Counted from the first letter of the stretch, positions 28,308 through 41,377 are shown. The stretch is 64,000 nucleotides of DNA from Candidatus Latescibacterota bacterium (GCA_965208835.1 OZ242358.1:3936001-4000000), one strand, 5' to 3'. Notes: generated by a model not told the origin, from the letters alone. Made by a program: numbers and translations.

Positions 28308-29139
28308 TCTCCACGGCCGCCCAGGGGTTGATGAAGGTGGTGGTTCCTATCTGTACAGCGGATGCGCCAACGATGAGAAACTCGATTGCGTCTCGAGCGG
28401 TCGCAATCCCGCCCATGCCGACGATAGGTATCGAAACCGTATCGGCGACCCGCCACACCATCGCCAGCGCGACCGGCTTGATGGCAGGTCCGGAAAGCCC
28501 ACCGGTAATATTCCCCAGAACAGGGCGACGGGTGCCGGCGTCCACGGCAAGGCCAAGCAGCGTGTTGATCAGCGCGATCCCGTCCGCACCGCCCTCTTCG
28601 ACGGCCGCGGCCACCGAGGCGATGTCGGTCACGTTGGGCGTGAGCTTGACGATGACGGGAAGCCTGGAGGCCGCCTTCACCGCCGCTGTGACATCGTGCG
28701 CGGCCTGCTCGCGACACCCGAAAAGCTGGCCGCCGTCCTTCATATTGGGCGAAGAGATGTTCAATTCAAGGGCGTCTACGTTCGGTATGTCGTTGAACCG
28801 TCGCGCCATTTCGGCGAATTCGTCGTTCGAGGTGCCGGCAATGCTGACGATCCGCGCTGTGGGAAGTGCCTGCAAGGGCGGTACCTTCTCGGCGATAAAG
28901 GCATCGAGACCGGGATTCGTGAGGCCGATGGAATTGAGCATTCCGGAAGGCGTTTCCGCGGTGCGGGGGGCACTGTTGCCGGCGCGGGGATGATAGGTTA
29001 TCGTCTTTGTAACCACGCCGCCTATCCTTGCGAAGTCGAGCATGCCCTCGTATTCGGCGCCGTGCCCGATGGTTCCCGAGGCCATCATCACTGGATTCCT
29101 GATGGTCAGACCGCCGCCGATGTGTGTGGAAAGGTCCAT
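28216..29139 (-). CDS. pyrD: Dihydroorotate dehydrogenase B, catalytic subunit
   Basis: NPVMMASGT, GMLNSIGLTNPG, ELNISSPN, VKLTPNVTDI and GGLSGPAIKP. Confidence 0.93.
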   Translation of the reverse strand: MDLSTHIGGGLTIRNPVMMASGTIGHGAEYEGMLDFARIGGVVTKTITYHPRAGNSAPRTAETPSGMLNSIGLTNPGLDAFIAEKVPPLQALPTARIVSIAGTSNDEFAEMARRFNDIPNVDALELNISSPNMKDGGQLFGCREQAAHDVTAAVKAASRLPVIVKLTPNVTDIASVAAAVEEGGADGIALINTLLGLAVDAGTRRPVLGNITGGLSGPAIKPVALAMVWRVADTVSIPIVGMGGIATARDAIEFLIVGASAVQIGTTTFINPWAAVEIVDGIAEYCRSHGIGSISDLVGSFETGPRN

Positions 29140-29209
29140 GGGCGTTCCGGGATGGCATTCCGAACAGTCCGTTGCTAAAGTCCTCTCCGCCGGCCAGGCC
29201 TGGCACCTG

Positions 29210-30004
29210 TTACCAGACGATCGCGTGTGCATCCACCACCGGTCCCTCAATGCAGACCCGCCGGTATCGATGGTCTTCCCTGTCCGCTTCCCGGTATTCC
29301 ACGACACAACCGACACACGCGCCAAATCCACAGGCCATATGGTTTTCGAGGGATGCCTGGCACGGCAGACCGCGATCTGCTGCGATCTCGGCTACCCGCG
29401 CCATCATGGCGTGTGGACCGCAGGTAAGTACCTGTGTTCCGACCTGCAGAGCATGTTCCGGAATCAGGTCCGTCACAGGGCCCTTATGCCCGAAGCTGCC
29501 GTCGTCGGTAGCCAGCCGTCGACGGAGATCGGAGGGAATCACACGATCCATCCCGGGCATGCGCGACTTGCTGGCCGCCCCCATCAGGAAAACCATGTCC
29601 TTCCGTCGTTCTTCATGGTACCAGGCCATGAAGGCGAGCGGAACCAGACCGACCCCTCCGGCGACGAGCAGGACACGGCCGGTAGCGGGAGGGACAAATG
29701 GGCGTCCGAGCGGGCCGAGCAGGTCGAGGCGATGACCGGGCGCGGCGGCGGCCATCCGGCAGGTGCCTTCTCCGATGGCGTCGTAGACCACCTCTATCGA
29801 TCCCGCATCGGGGTCCGTGCGAAGTGCACTGAATGGGCGCCGAAGATAGGGCGACTGACCTGCGTCGGTAAGGACCTGGACGAATTGAGCGGGGCGGCAC
29901 GCCCTGGCAATCCGCGGCGCGCGCAGTCTCATCAGGTAGACGTTTCGCGCAATCTGCTCGTTGACAAGGACTTCGGCGTATTCCTGGAAGAATTGAGGAA
30001 TCAT
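29210..30004 (-). CDS. pyrK: Dihydroorotate dehydrogenase electron transfer subunit
   Basis: LRRPFS, GGVGLVP and MACGFGACVGC...RVCIEGPV 2Fe-2S motif. Confidence 0.93.
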   Translation of the reverse strand: MIPQFFQEYAEVLVNEQIARNVYLMRLRAPRIARACRPAQFVQVLTDAGQSPYLRRPFSALRTDPDAGSIEVVYDAIGEGTCRMAAAAPGHRLDLLGPLGRPFVPPATGRVLLVAGGVGLVPLAFMAWYHEERRKDMVFLMGAASKSRMPGMDRVIPSDLRRRLATDDGSFGHKGPVTDLIPEHALQVGTQVLTCGPHAMMARVAEIAADRGLPCQASLENHMACGFGACVGCVVEYREADREDHRYRRVCIEGPVVDAHAIVW

Positions 30005-30054
30005 GTGGACGAGAGCGTCACCCGCGCAAGCCGAAACGCCTTGAGAAGCTACTT

Positions 30055-30094
30055 GGAAGCTGTCTTAGAATTCCCGGCGGTCTTCGCACGGCTG
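30055..30094. mobile_element. MITE family B, truncated inverted remnant
   Basis: GGAAGCTGTCTTAGAATTCCCGGCGGTCTTCGCACGGCTG matches the reverse complement of the right end of 23307-23470. Confidence 0.7.
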
Positions 30095-30206
30095 ACGTGC
30101 AAGATTGTGGCTTTGCGACTCTTGTGGCAATTGACCTCAGCCACGGATTTTTCGCGAATTTCGTAGTCTCGTAGTTTCGTAGTTTTGTCTTTCGTCGTTC
30201 CGTCGA

Positions 30207-31984
30207 CTAATTCTTGGGCGGGCTTTCGTTGTCCCGCTTGGGTTCTTCAAGCACCCGGTCGGCGGGCGCGGCACTATCGGCTCGATCAGCGGGTTCCGTA
30301 TCCGGTTCGGACTGTGCGATGGCTTTCAGGAAATCGCCTTTAAGGCTCGTTGACGCGAGATCCGCGAACTCCGTGAGCGGATAGCCGTCAACAAGCTTCT
30401 GGTAGTAGACCCGGGCGGAATCGGGGTTCTCCAGACGGTTCGCAAAGGTCCACGCGACTGTATAGAGCGCCCTGGCCGCAACCGGGCTGTTTGGGAATTC
30501 CAAAGGCAACTGTCTGAGGATATCCAGATGGCCGGTCGGGCTGACCCCGTCGGCCATCAGCGACTCGGCCTCACGAAACCGCGCTTCAGCCCTCGCGTCT
30601 TCCTCGAGGGCCTGCGCCAGCCGCTCGCGGGCGCTCACGGCATAGGGGTTGACGGGGTACGTGCCGATCAGTCTCCGGAACGTCTTCTCGGCCGCTTCCT
30701 GGTTCTTCAGACTGTCCGCGTAGATCAGGCCGATGGCATACAGGGCTTTTGGCGCCAGTTCGGTGTCGAGGCTGTCGGCGATCGCGTATGCCCTCCGATA
30801 CGTGGCGAGCGCAGAATCCGGTTCTGAGAAGTTGAACAAATACATCTCCGCCACGTTGAATAGCGCCTTAAGGCCCTTTTTCTTGCCCTTGGCGGCCGCC
30901 TTTTGAAAGCGCTCCAGCTTGACCAGGTCCTTTTCCCGGTCTCTGGCCGCCTTTCCTACGTCGGAACCGGGTCGTTCTTTTCGGGCGCTGGCGAAGAGCT
31001 CTTTCGCCTTCTCCATGTCTCTCTGGGTCGTCTGGGCGACCATCGCCAGCCGGTAGTAGGCTTCGGCGCTGAATTCGGTTTTCGGATTGTTCTCGATGAC
31101 TTCATTGTAGATCTCATCGGCGATTTCCTGTTTACCCATGAGATGATACACATTCGCCCGTTTAAGATGGACTTCTGGCTCATACGATCTCAGGCTCTTG
31201 ATATTCAGTATGCGGTTGTACGTTCCCAGGACTTCGTCCAGTTTTCCCTGACGCTCGAGAATGCTTCCGATCCGAAGGCGGGTTTCGAAATTGATCTTGT
31301 TTTTCGGTTTCGACTTCAACACCCGGCGATACGCCAGCAGGGCTTCTTCGTACCGTTCCAGGTGAAACCTGGCGTCGCCGATGCCTAGCCATATTCGCGT
31401 AGCGAGGCCCTTGGGCCTCGCCTCCAGCAGCTTCCGGTACGCATTTATGGCGGCGGCGTGATCGCCGGCTTCGGCTTCCAGTTCGGCCAGCGCGAGCCTC
31501 GCTTTCCCGTTAAATTGCGCATCGGCGCTCTCGCCCACGTTGGCCAGTACCGGACGCGCTTCTTCTGCCCTTCCTGACGCCCAGAACGTAAGCCCCTTCC
31601 AGTAGAGGGCCTCGGTGAGCAGCAGGCTTTGTGGAAAATTGTCCTGCAGTTCCTGGAACTTCAGCAGGGCGTCACGATAGTTGCGGAGCCAGTAGAAGGC
31701 CTTACCGATCAGCAGCAGGCTGTCGTCCACCCAGTCGCTGTCCCCGTGCCGGTCGAGGACGATGGAAGCCTTGCGTATGGCACGCCAATAGAAGTCGCGG
31801 TACCTGAACACCCTTTGCCGGTTCTTCTGGCTGGTGGCGGCCACGTTCTCGGCTTCCTCTCTCTTGCGTTCGGCTTCCTGGAACTGTTTTCGGGCATTAT
31901 AGAACGTGTTGTAATAGACACACCCGGAAACCAGGGTTCCCGCAAGCAGGACGATACAGAGCAGCAGGATCATCCGGATTGATT

Positions 31985-31988
<4 letters not shown>
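30207..31988 (-). CDS. TPR-repeat lipoprotein
   Basis: Lipobox LVSGC, YYNTFYNA N-terminus and many TPR helices. Confidence 0.85.
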
Positions 31989-33817
<1,829 letters not shown>

Positions 33818-33838
33818 ACGACTGCAAGACTCCAGGAG

Positions 33839-35287
33839 TCAAGCCACGAGTCCCGCAAGCTCCTTTTCGAATTCGGTGATCTGCCGCAGGTTCTCGAGGA
33901 ACCACGGGTCGATGCCCGTCAGGTCGTAAAGTTCGGATAGGGGCCATCCCGCTTCAAGCGCGGCCTTGAGATAGAACAGTCTCTGAGAATTGGGTACTCT
34001 CAGCCGGTGTTCGATCACGGCGCGGTCGAGATCGGCCACTGCCAGGTCCTTCCCGTCGGCTCCGAATCCGGCGCGGCCGATTTCGAGGGAACGCAGGCCC
34101 TTCTGAAAGGCCTCCTTGAACGTCCGGCCGATGGCCATGGTTTCGCCCACCGACTTCATCTGGGTGCCAAGGAGGTCTTCCGTCTGGGGGAACTTCTCGA
34201 AGGTCCATCGCGGAATCTTGACCACGCAGTAGTCGATGGTCGGCTCGAATGAAGCGGGCGTTTCACGCGTGATGTCATTCCGGATTTCATCCAGGGTATA
34301 TCCCACGGCGAGTTTGGCGGCGATCTTCGCGATGGGGAACCCCGTGGCCTTCGAGGCCAGCGCGGAACTCCGGGACACCCGCGGGTTCATTTCGATGATG
34401 ACGATACGTCCGTCCCGCGGATTCAGCGCGAACTGAATATTGGATCCGCCCGTCTCCACGCCGATTTCCCGGATAACGGCGATAGAAGCGTCCCGCATGG
34501 CCTGATACTCCTTGTCGGTCAGGGTCTGCGCCGGCGCGACTGTAATGGAGTCGCCGGTATGGACGCCCATGGGATCGAAATTCTCGATGGAACAGATGAT
34601 GACCACATTGTCCTTCAAGTCGCGCATAACCTCCAGCTCGAACTCTTTCCACCCGATAATGGACTCTTCGACCAGGATCTCCGTGGTGGGCGAGAGTTCC
34701 AGCCCCCGCATCGCGAGATGTTCATATTCTTCCGCGTTGTATGCCGTGCCCCCGCCGGTGCCTCCAAGCGTATAGGACGGTCGAATAATGGCGGGATAGC
34801 CTATTTCGCCGATAATTTCCCGGGCTTCTTCGGCGCTGCGCGCAAATCTCCCCTTCGGAAACTTGACGCCGATATCGGCCATCGCGGCCTGGAAGCGTTC
34901 TCTGTTTTCGGCCTTCTCGATGGCTTCGGCATTCGCACCGATCATCTCCACGTTGAATTCATCGAGGACCCCGCTGTTGTAGAGCTCCATGGCCACGTTC
35001 AGTCCGGTCTGTCCGCCCAGCGTGGGTAGAAGCGCATCGGGACGCTCCCTTTCGATAATGGCCGCGCACACCTCCGGCGCGACCGGTTCCACGTAGGTCC
35101 GGTCCGCCATTTCGGGATCGGTCATGATCGTGGCCGGATTGCTGTTCAACAGGACAACCGAATATCCCTCTTCCTTGAGGGCCTTGCATGCCTGCGCGCC
35201 GGAGTAGTCGAACTCACACGCCTGGCCGATGATGATCGGCCCGGAACCGATGAGCATGATTTTCCGGATGTCGTTGCGTCTTGGCAT
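33839..35287 (-). CDS. carB: Carbamoyl-phosphate synthase large subunit, N-terminal section
   Basis: [30 protein letters not shown], first ATP-grasp ([18 protein letters not shown]); ends at a TGA in frame with the C-terminal section. Confidence 0.95.
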   Translation of the reverse strand: MPRRNDIRKIMLIGSGPIIIGQACEFDYSGAQACKALKEEGYSVVLLNSNPATIMTDPEMADRTYVEPVAPEVCAAIIERERPDALLPTLGGQTGLNVAMELYNSGVLDEFNVEMIGANAEAIEKAENRERFQAAMADIGVKFPKGRFARSAEEAREIIGEIGYPAIIRPSYTLGGTGGGTAYNAEEYEHLAMRGLELSPTTEILVEESIIGWKEFELEVMRDLKDNVVIICSIENFDPMGVHTGDSITVAPAQTLTDKEYQAMRDASIAVIREIGVETGGSNIQFALNPRDGRIVIIEMNPRVSRSSALASKATGFPIAKIAAKLAVGYTLDEIRNDITRETPASFEPTIDYCVVKIPRWTFEKFPQTEDLLGTQMKSVGETMAIGRTFKEAFQKGLRSLEIGRAGFGADGKDLAVADLDRAVIEHRLRVPNSQRLFYLKAALEAGWPLSELYDLTGIDPWFLENLRQITEFEKELAGLVA

Positions 35288-35471
35288 AAGTGCGGGAAAG
35301 GTCTCCGTCTATGAAATGGATGCGATGATCGTTGGACTTAGAAAAAAACCTGCGGCTGTCCTTGTAAAAGGGGGATGCTCGCAGGCGGTGCGGATCGGTA
35401 TGGCGGTGCAGTGTTCTGTTCCGGAAATAAGTTGCCGAATGGTGAGGTATTTCCGGGACAGGACACAAGAC

Positions 35472-35999
35472 TCAGACATTTTGCAGCAGGACCAGGTAGA
35501 CCAGCAGGAGTATCAGGAGCAGCGTGACCGCAAAGCATGCTTTCAGGAAAAAGTCCTTTGCCCTGTTCCGGGGCGCGTTGACGCCGATGGGCAGCGAAGG
35601 TGCGGACGGTTCCGGAAGCGACCCCGAAAACCGCTCCTGTTCGATGAGCTGCTCCAATTTTGGATCGCACTCACGGATGACCCTGAGGATGAGGCGCTTG
35701 TTTCGGGCCGCCCGCTCAGCGTACCGCCCCTTGAGTGACGGACGTGCGCCTGCATCGGGGATGAGAAGATCCGCGTCTTCCCTCGATCCGGAAGCGTCTT
35801 CAACCAGGCTGAGCGCCCTGGCCCTGGCGAGCTGTTCGGTGAGCCTGCGCGTTTGTTTCCTGTCGTGGACGTTTTCGCGGATTACCCTGCCGCAGATGCT
35901 CACGAAGCGTTCCATGTCCGCCCGGATCTCACCTTCCGTAAGACCGGAGAGATAGGACTCCTCGATCATCTCGTCGATGCTTTCGCGGATATCCGGCAT
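35472..35999 (-). CDS. Hypothetical protein with C-terminal membrane anchor
   Basis: 175-aa ORF filling the gap between nnrDE and carB, with a C-terminal hydrophobic helix. Confidence 0.6.
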   Translation of the reverse strand: MPDIRESIDEMIEESYLSGLTEGEIRADMERFVSICGRVIRENVHDRKQTRRLTEQLARARALSLVEDASGSREDADLLIPDAGARPSLKGRYAERAARNKRLILRVIRECDPKLEQLIEQERFSGSLPEPSAPSLPIGVNAPRNRAKDFFLKACFAVTLLLILLLVYLVLLQNV

Positions 36000-36013
36000 G
36001 GTCTGGTTCTCAG

Positions 36014-36121
36014 TTAAGCAGTCCGTCCAAAAAGTCCATCCGGGCTGCGTCCGGCTCTCGTGGCCGAAATACTGCGTTGCGCGCCCTCGTCTTCAGAGCG
36101 ACTTTATCAACGAACTGTTAA
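36014..36121. mobile_element. MITE-like element, family A, copy 2 (internally deleted)
   Basis: TTAAGCAGTCCGTCCAAAAAGTCCATCC...CGAAATACTGCGTTGCGCGCCCTCG...CAGAGCGACTTTATCAACGAACTGTTAA is shared with 919-1086. Confidence 0.75.
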
Positions 36122-37720
36122 CGCATGAAATTGAATGTATCGGTCTTTGGCCGCGTCTGTTTCGATAACGCGGCGGGCCGTCGGCAACGCGGCAGCAATG
36201 TCGCCAGCAATCAGTCCGGCCTTGGCCGCGCGTTCCACGCACAGATCTCCGGCCAGGCCGTGCATATAGACTCCCAGGCAAGCCGCAGTTTCCGGGTCCA
36301 GGCCCTGGCCGATCAGCGCCGCGATAATTCCGGTAAGCACGTCTCCGGAGCCGCCCGAGGCCATGCCGGCATTCCCGCTGGGATTGACGTACGTGAGTCC
36401 GCCGGGTACGGCCACAACGGTCGGCGCGCCCTTCAGGACAACGATAACACCGGCCTGGTCAGCGAGTGTCTGGGCCGAGCCGATGGGATCCGAACGAATG
36501 GCCTCTGCGCCGAGACCGGCGAGACGCGCGAATTCGCCCGGGTGCGGCGTGACGACGGTTGGCGCTGACCGCATTTTCAGGCATTCCGGCGCTCCGGCAA
36601 GCGCGTTGATTCCGTCGGCGTCCAGAACGAGCGGGGCCTGGATATCTTGAACGATCCGCCGGACCAGCTCCACGGTTTCCCGATGGGTGCCCAGGCCAGG
36701 TCCCATCGCCACACAGTCGGCCTCCGCGACCAGTCTCCGTATGTCGCCTCGGGCACGAAGGGCGAGGCATCGGGGTTTCCGAACCTCGGGAAGCGGATGG
36801 GTCATCGCCTCCGTGAGCTTGACCTCGAGAATATCGTTCAGGCTCTCGGGAATGCCGACCCGAACCAGGCCGGCGCCGGACCTTAGCGCACCCTGCGCCG
36901 AAAGCACGGCCGCTCCCGTGAAACCCATCGATCCGGCGAGGATGACCACCCGGCCGCAATCACCCTTGTGGGCGTCTGGCGGTCGTTGAGTCAGAAGCGC
37001 CGCGCCTCCGTGAGCCGCGGCGAGTTGAACGTTGACCTCTTCGGCGTTAACCGCCGCTCGGGGCAGTCCGATGTCTACGCAATGAAGTGTTCCGCAAAGG
37101 GCCCGGCCCGGAAAGCGAAACTGCCCGATTTTGGGAAGTCCGAAGGTAACCGTGCGCGTTGCAGCGGCGCAGGGCCCGTCCGCACGGCCCGTGTCGGCAT
37201 CCAGGCCGGACGGGACGTCTACGGCCAGGATGGGACAGGCAGCGTCCCTGAGCGTATCGATCGCGCCCGCGACAATCCCGCGGGGGCCGCCCCGAATCCC
37301 GGTACCAAGTAGGGCGTCTACCGCCGCCGACGCGTCATCAAGTGCGGACCTGATTCGTTCAAGGTCTTTAGTTTCAATGATTTCTTCGACTTCAAGGCCG
37401 TTCTTGCGCACCCGATCCAGGTGGTGGCGCGCATCGCCCGTGACCTGGTCTTCCGGCGCCAGCAAAAAGGCGGAAACCGAAGCGCCGGCAGATGCCGCGA
37501 GATCCGCGATAACGAACCCGTCACCGCCGTTGTTGCCCTTGCCGCAGAGTACGACGATTTTTTTGCCCGGAAAACCACCGACGAGATCGCTGAGTACCCG
37601 GCCGGCGCCGCGCCCGGCATTCTCCATCAGCCGGATGCCGGAAACCCCACGTTCGATGGCTCCGCGGTCGATGCGGGCCATCTGCGCGCCGGTTACGAGC
37701 CTGGCATGGACCTGGGGCAC
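36107..37720 (-). CDS. nnr: Bifunctional NAD(P)H-hydrate epimerase/dehydratase (YjeF, NnrE-NnrD)
   Basis: LMENAG, CGKGNNGGDG, HKGDCG, LDADG, TPHPGE and GGSGDVL; GTG start after GGAGG. Confidence 0.93.
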   Translation of the reverse strand: MPQVHARLVTGAQMARIDRGAIERGVSGIRLMENAGRGAGRVLSDLVGGFPGKKIVVLCGKGNNGGDGFVIADLAASAGASVSAFLLAPEDQVTGDARHHLDRVRKNGLEVEEIIETKDLERIRSALDDASAAVDALLGTGIRGGPRGIVAGAIDTLRDAACPILAVDVPSGLDADTGRADGPCAAATRTVTFGLPKIGQFRFPGRALCGTLHCVDIGLPRAAVNAEEVNVQLAAAHGGAALLTQRPPDAHKGDCGRVVILAGSMGFTGAAVLSAQGALRSGAGLVRVGIPESLNDILEVKLTEAMTHPLPEVRKPRCLALRARGDIRRLVAEADCVAMGPGLGTHRETVELVRRIVQDIQAPLVLDADGINALAGAPECLKMRSAPTVVTPHPGEFARLAGLGAEAIRSDPIGSAQTLADQAGVIVVLKGAPTVVAVPGGLTYVNPSGNAGMASGGSGDVLTGIIAALIGQGLDPETAACLGVYMHGLAGDLCVERAAKAGLIAGDIAAALPTARRVIETDAAKDRYIQFHALTVR

Positions 37721-37821
37721 CGGGCCTCCGTGGGGTGCTGTCTGAAAACCCGCAACGGTCATCGTGCGGCAGCAGGCGCCGGCAGAATCCGGACCACCCG
37801 AGGACGCCTGAAACTTGCCCA

Positions 37822-37986
37822 AGAAGCCGTTTTAAAATTACCGGTGAGTTCCCGAGCACGAGCGAAAAAGTGGCGGTCAAGGCGGGAAAACTCACCCCTA
37901 TTTTTCTTATACGGGTGGGTTTGACCAACGCCGACCGGCGCTTTTGCAGCCGTGCGAAGACCGCTGGGAATTTTAAGACGGCTTCT
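37822..37986. mobile_element. MITE-like element, family B, copy 2
   Basis: Same TIRs and body as 23307-23470 with a few substitutions. Confidence 0.85.
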
Positions 37987-38120
37987 AATGATACAGGAAT
38001 CACCGGGGCGGCGCAACCTCAATTTTGCACTGCTGAAACCGGCCGGAAGAGAGGGTCCGAACAGCCGTAAACGTGAATGACCGGTCTGCCGCGCGACAGA
38101 TGTTTCGAGAGACAAATGCC

Positions 38121-38148
38121 TTGACAGAAAGCACCCGTTTTCTATAGT
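38121..38148 (+). promoter_or_regulatory. Sigma-70 promoter of tRNA-Ser(TGA)
   Basis: TTGACA-N16-TATAGT upstream of the tRNA. Confidence 0.75.
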
Positions 38149-38194
38149 TTTTCCGCAGGACCGCCGCAGATATCAGGCCTGTAATCAACGCGAC

Positions 38195-38283
38195 GGTGGG
38201 GTGACGGAGTGGTCGAACGTGGCGGTCTTGAAAACCGTTGATCCTTACCGGATCCGTGGGTTCGAATCCCACCCCCACCGCCA
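38195..38283 (+). tRNA. tRNA-Ser(TGA)
   Basis: Cloverleaf GGTGGGG...CCCCACC-G-CCA, anticodon loop CTTGAAA, long variable arm, GTTCGAATC. Confidence 0.95.
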
Positions 38284-38387
38284 AAACAGCGACACGGCTC
38301 GTGGTTCATCATTTCAGCCATGCCTCCCGAAAGAAGGGAGACTGTTTTTCGCGGATTCAGCGTCGGGTCCGAATTCGCAGGTTTTCC

Positions 38388-38416
38388 TTGATTTTACAGG
38401 CCCGTTTTGGTAGTAT
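38388..38416 (+). promoter_or_regulatory. Sigma-70 promoter of tRNA-Ser(GCT)
   Basis: TTGATT-N17-TAGTAT. Confidence 0.6.
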
Positions 38417-38440
38417 TAGATTCCTTTGAATCCATTTTTC

Positions 38441-38533
<93 letters not shown>

Positions 38534-38541
38534 ACAAAAAG

Positions 38542-38766
38542 CGGTGAGAGGCAAGAGGTAAGACGGTAGAGGGCCACACCCCCGCCCCAATGGTTTTGCG
38601 ACTTTTCCTACGTCCTGTTTCTCTCGTCTGGTTGCCAACCGCCGATTGCATGTAGCTACCACTTCAACGCCGGCACGTGGACGATTCGCAAGACACTCAC
38701 TACCAACACAACATCGGCGTGGACATCTGTGTTCTCGTCTCACGTCTTACCTCTCACGTCTCACCG
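38542..38766. repeat. Inverted arrays of degenerate heptamer repeats (GTGAGAC / GTCTCAC)
   Basis: Left arm GTGAGAG-GCAAGAG-GTAAGAC, right arm GTCTCAC-GTCTTAC-CTCTCAC-GTCTCAC. Confidence 0.6.
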
Positions 38767-38772
38767 ATTTTA

Positions 38773-40212
38773 ATGACCGAACCCGTTCTTCGATTTGCGC
38801 CCTCGCCCACAGGCGGATTTCACGTGGGCAACGCCCGTACGGCGCTGTTCAACTTTCTCTATACCCGGCATTACGGCGGACGGCTGCATCTGCGCATTGA
38901 AGATACAGATCGCGACCGGTCCACTGACGCCGCCCTCAAGACCATCCTGGACGGACTGGACTGGCTGGGGATTGCTTTTCACGGCCAGCCGATATTTCAG
39001 TCCCGAAACGCGGCGGCGCACCGCAATACGGTTGACCGGCTGCTGGAAACCGGACACGCGTATTACGCCTATGAGACCCCGGAAGAAGTGCGAGCCCTGC
39101 AGCAGCAGGCGCAGCGGGAGGGGCGGCGGGTTCAGTACAACAGGGATCTGACATCGGAACAACGCCAGGCATTCGAGGCCGAGGGTCGGCCGAAGACGGT
39201 ACGCTTCAGGGTTCCTGAGGGCGAGACAGTCTGGCAGGACCCCATCAGGGGCACGCAGCGATGGGACAACGTCGAGGTTGAGGACTTCATCATCCTGCGG
39301 GCGGACGGGTCCCCGATTTACCATCTGGCGGTGGTCGTCGACGACCACGACCTGGGCGTGACGCTGGTGATCCGGGGAGCGGAACACCTTTCCAATACGC
39401 CCAAGCAGGTGATGCTGTTTCAGGCGCTTGGATGGACCGCCCCGGCGTACGCGCACACGACGTTGCTGATGGGGACGGACGGGAGAAAGCTGAGCAAGCG
39501 CCTTGGCGCGACGACCGTCACGGAATACCGGCAGCAGGGCATCCTGCCCGAGGCGTTGTTCAACTTTCTGGCGCTTCAGGGCTGGTCTCCCCGGGACGAC
39601 AGGGAGGTCTTCACAAGAGACGAATTGATCGAGGCGTTTTCCGTTGAAGGAATGCTCAGGAAGAACGCGGTATTCGACGAGCGGAAGCTGGCGTGGCTGA
39701 ACGGCGAACACCTAAGGCTGAAGCCGGTTTCCGAACTCTTGCGGGCGGCGCTGGATCTGTGGATTGACACGGGATGGATTGCGGCGGAAGATGCGGAAAC
39801 CCGACGCGGGAGCCTGCTCAGGGCCGTAAAACTGATGCAGCCTCGCATTCAGACCGTGCGGGATTTTCTGAATTTCGAGTACTTTTTCAATGATCCGCGA
39901 TCATACGAGGAAAAGGCCCGAAAGAAACACTGGAAGGTGGACAGTCCCTCCCGGCTGGAGCTGCTTATCGCAAGGCTGGAGGCCCTGTCCGACTTCAGCG
40001 AACGGGAAATCGAAGGCGCCACGCGAACGCTGTCCGGGCAACTGGGTATCTCCACCGGAAAGCTGATCCATCCCACCCGTCTCGTACTCAGCGGCACGAA
40101 CGTCGGACCCGGCCTGTTCGAAATGATGGATGTTCTGGGACAGGAAACCTGTATCCGGCGTATGAAAGCCGGTTTGGAACGGCTGGGTCGAAAGGAGACC
40201 GTCACCCGATAG
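38773..40212 (+). CDS. gltX: Glutamate--tRNA ligase
   Basis: RFAPSPTGGFHVGNARTAL (HIGH-like), RIEDTD, KLSKR and the anticodon-binding domain. Confidence 0.95.
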   Translation: MTEPVLRFAPSPTGGFHVGNARTALFNFLYTRHYGGRLHLRIEDTDRDRSTDAALKTILDGLDWLGIAFHGQPIFQSRNAAAHRNTVDRLLETGHAYYAYETPEEVRALQQQAQREGRRVQYNRDLTSEQRQAFEAEGRPKTVRFRVPEGETVWQDPIRGTQRWDNVEVEDFIILRADGSPIYHLAVVVDDHDLGVTLVIRGAEHLSNTPKQVMLFQALGWTAPAYAHTTLLMGTDGRKLSKRLGATTVTEYRQQGILPEALFNFLALQGWSPRDDREVFTRDELIEAFSVEGMLRKNAVFDERKLAWLNGEHLRLKPVSELLRAALDLWIDTGWIAAEDAETRRGSLLRAVKLMQPRIQTVRDFLNFEYFFNDPRSYEEKARKKHWKVDSPSRLELLIARLEALSDFSEREIEGATRTLSGQLGISTGKLIHPTRLVLSGTNVGPGLFEMMDVLGQETCIRRMKAGLERLGRKETVTR

Positions 40213-40239
40213 ACCGACAATAGGCAAAACCGATATGGC

Positions 40240-40313
40240 TGCCCCCTCGTCTAATGGCAAGACATGCGGCTCTGGACCGTAGTATCGGGGTTCGAATCCC
40301 TGGGGGGCAGCCA
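40240..40313 (+). tRNA. tRNA-Gln(CTG)
   Basis: TGCCCCC...GGGGGCA-G-CCA, anticodon loop CTCTGGA, GTTCGAATC. Confidence 0.95.
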
Positions 40314-40429
40314 AATTTTTGTCTTTAACGGCGACAGGTGCTTTGAATATCATTCCCTCCCGCAAGGAAAAATGAAAAAATCGGGAGTCAAATACGATAG
40401 CTTAGACCTGTATATTTGATGGTCATGGA

Positions 40430-41377
40430 ATGAACATACCCTTCGCGCAGGCCCTCGAGGTTGGCGATTTTTGCGCGATTCAGCGCGCGCCGAAAGCCGA
40501 CTTCCACCGCCACGCCTTCTTCGGAACGCGAATCGAGAATGTGGAGCGCTGGCTCGGTTACCCGCTGGAACGGCCGGCTTTTCCCATGCCCGGCCTTAAG
40601 GCCATGGATGACTACGCCGCCAGAGTCCTGGGGCCCCACATCAGTTCGCGAGAGGCCTTTGAATTTACGGCGGCGGCGGCGATCGGCGACGCGATTGAAG
40701 ACGGCGTCCGATGCCTTGAGATGAGCTTCGACGTGCGGTCTGTCAGCCACTTCGAGGGCGGTTTCGCGGAATTCGCGACCACCATCCAGAACTTGACGGA
40801 GCGATTTCGCGACCGGATCGATCTCAGGCCGGAGCTCGGCATCCCGCGTGAGATTGTCGGTGACAGGGAGATGGTCCGTCGCATCCACGCGGGAATCGAG
40901 TCCGGCGTCTTCCTGTCGATCGACCTCTATGCCGACGAAAACGCGTGTTCGGTCGACGCCGTGATTCCCATCTACAGGAATGCAAGTTCAGCCGGAATGA
41001 AATTGAAGGCGCATGTTGGCGAATTTGGCGGGGCCGAACGCGTACGGGAGACGACGGAAGTCCTGGAGCTGGACGAGATACAACACGGCATCGCGGCAGC
41101 TGAATCGCCCGGAGTGATGCATTGGTTGTCAAAAAACCGGATTCGACTTCACGTCTGCCCGTCCAGCAATGTCATGCTGGGCGCCGTGGACTCGCTCCCG
41201 TCGCACCCGATCCGCGTACTCTTCGATCATGGCGTGGAAGTGACCGTAAATACAGACGACCCGATGATCTTCGGGCAGAGCGTCTCGCAGGAATACCTCA
41301 ATCTCTACCAGGCGAAGGTCTTCAGCGCCGACGAACTGGACGAGATTCGAGCCACGTCTCTCGCCACACGATCCTGA
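40430..41377 (+). CDS. Adenosine/adenine deaminase family protein
   Basis: PKADFHRH, AHVGE, HGI, CPSSN and NTDDP motifs. Confidence 0.88.
   Translation: MNIPFAQALEVGDFCAIQRAPKADFHRHAFFGTRIENVERWLGYPLERPAFPMPGLKAMDDYAARVLGPHISSREAFEFTAAAAIGDAIEDGVRCLEMSFDVRSVSHFEGGFAEFATTIQNLTERFRDRIDLRPELGIPREIVGDREMVRRIHAGIESGVFLSIDLYADENACSVDAVIPIYRNASSAGMKLKAHVGEFGGAERVRETTEVLELDEIQHGIAAAESPGVMHWLSKNRIRLHVCPSSNVMLGAVDSLPSHPIRVLFDHGVEVTVNTDDPMIFGQSVSQEYLNLYQAKVFSADELDEIRATSLATRS

Noticed and set aside
38195-38283. tRNA-Sec or UGA suppressor
   Set aside because: The anticodon is TGA (reads UCA, Ser), not TCA.
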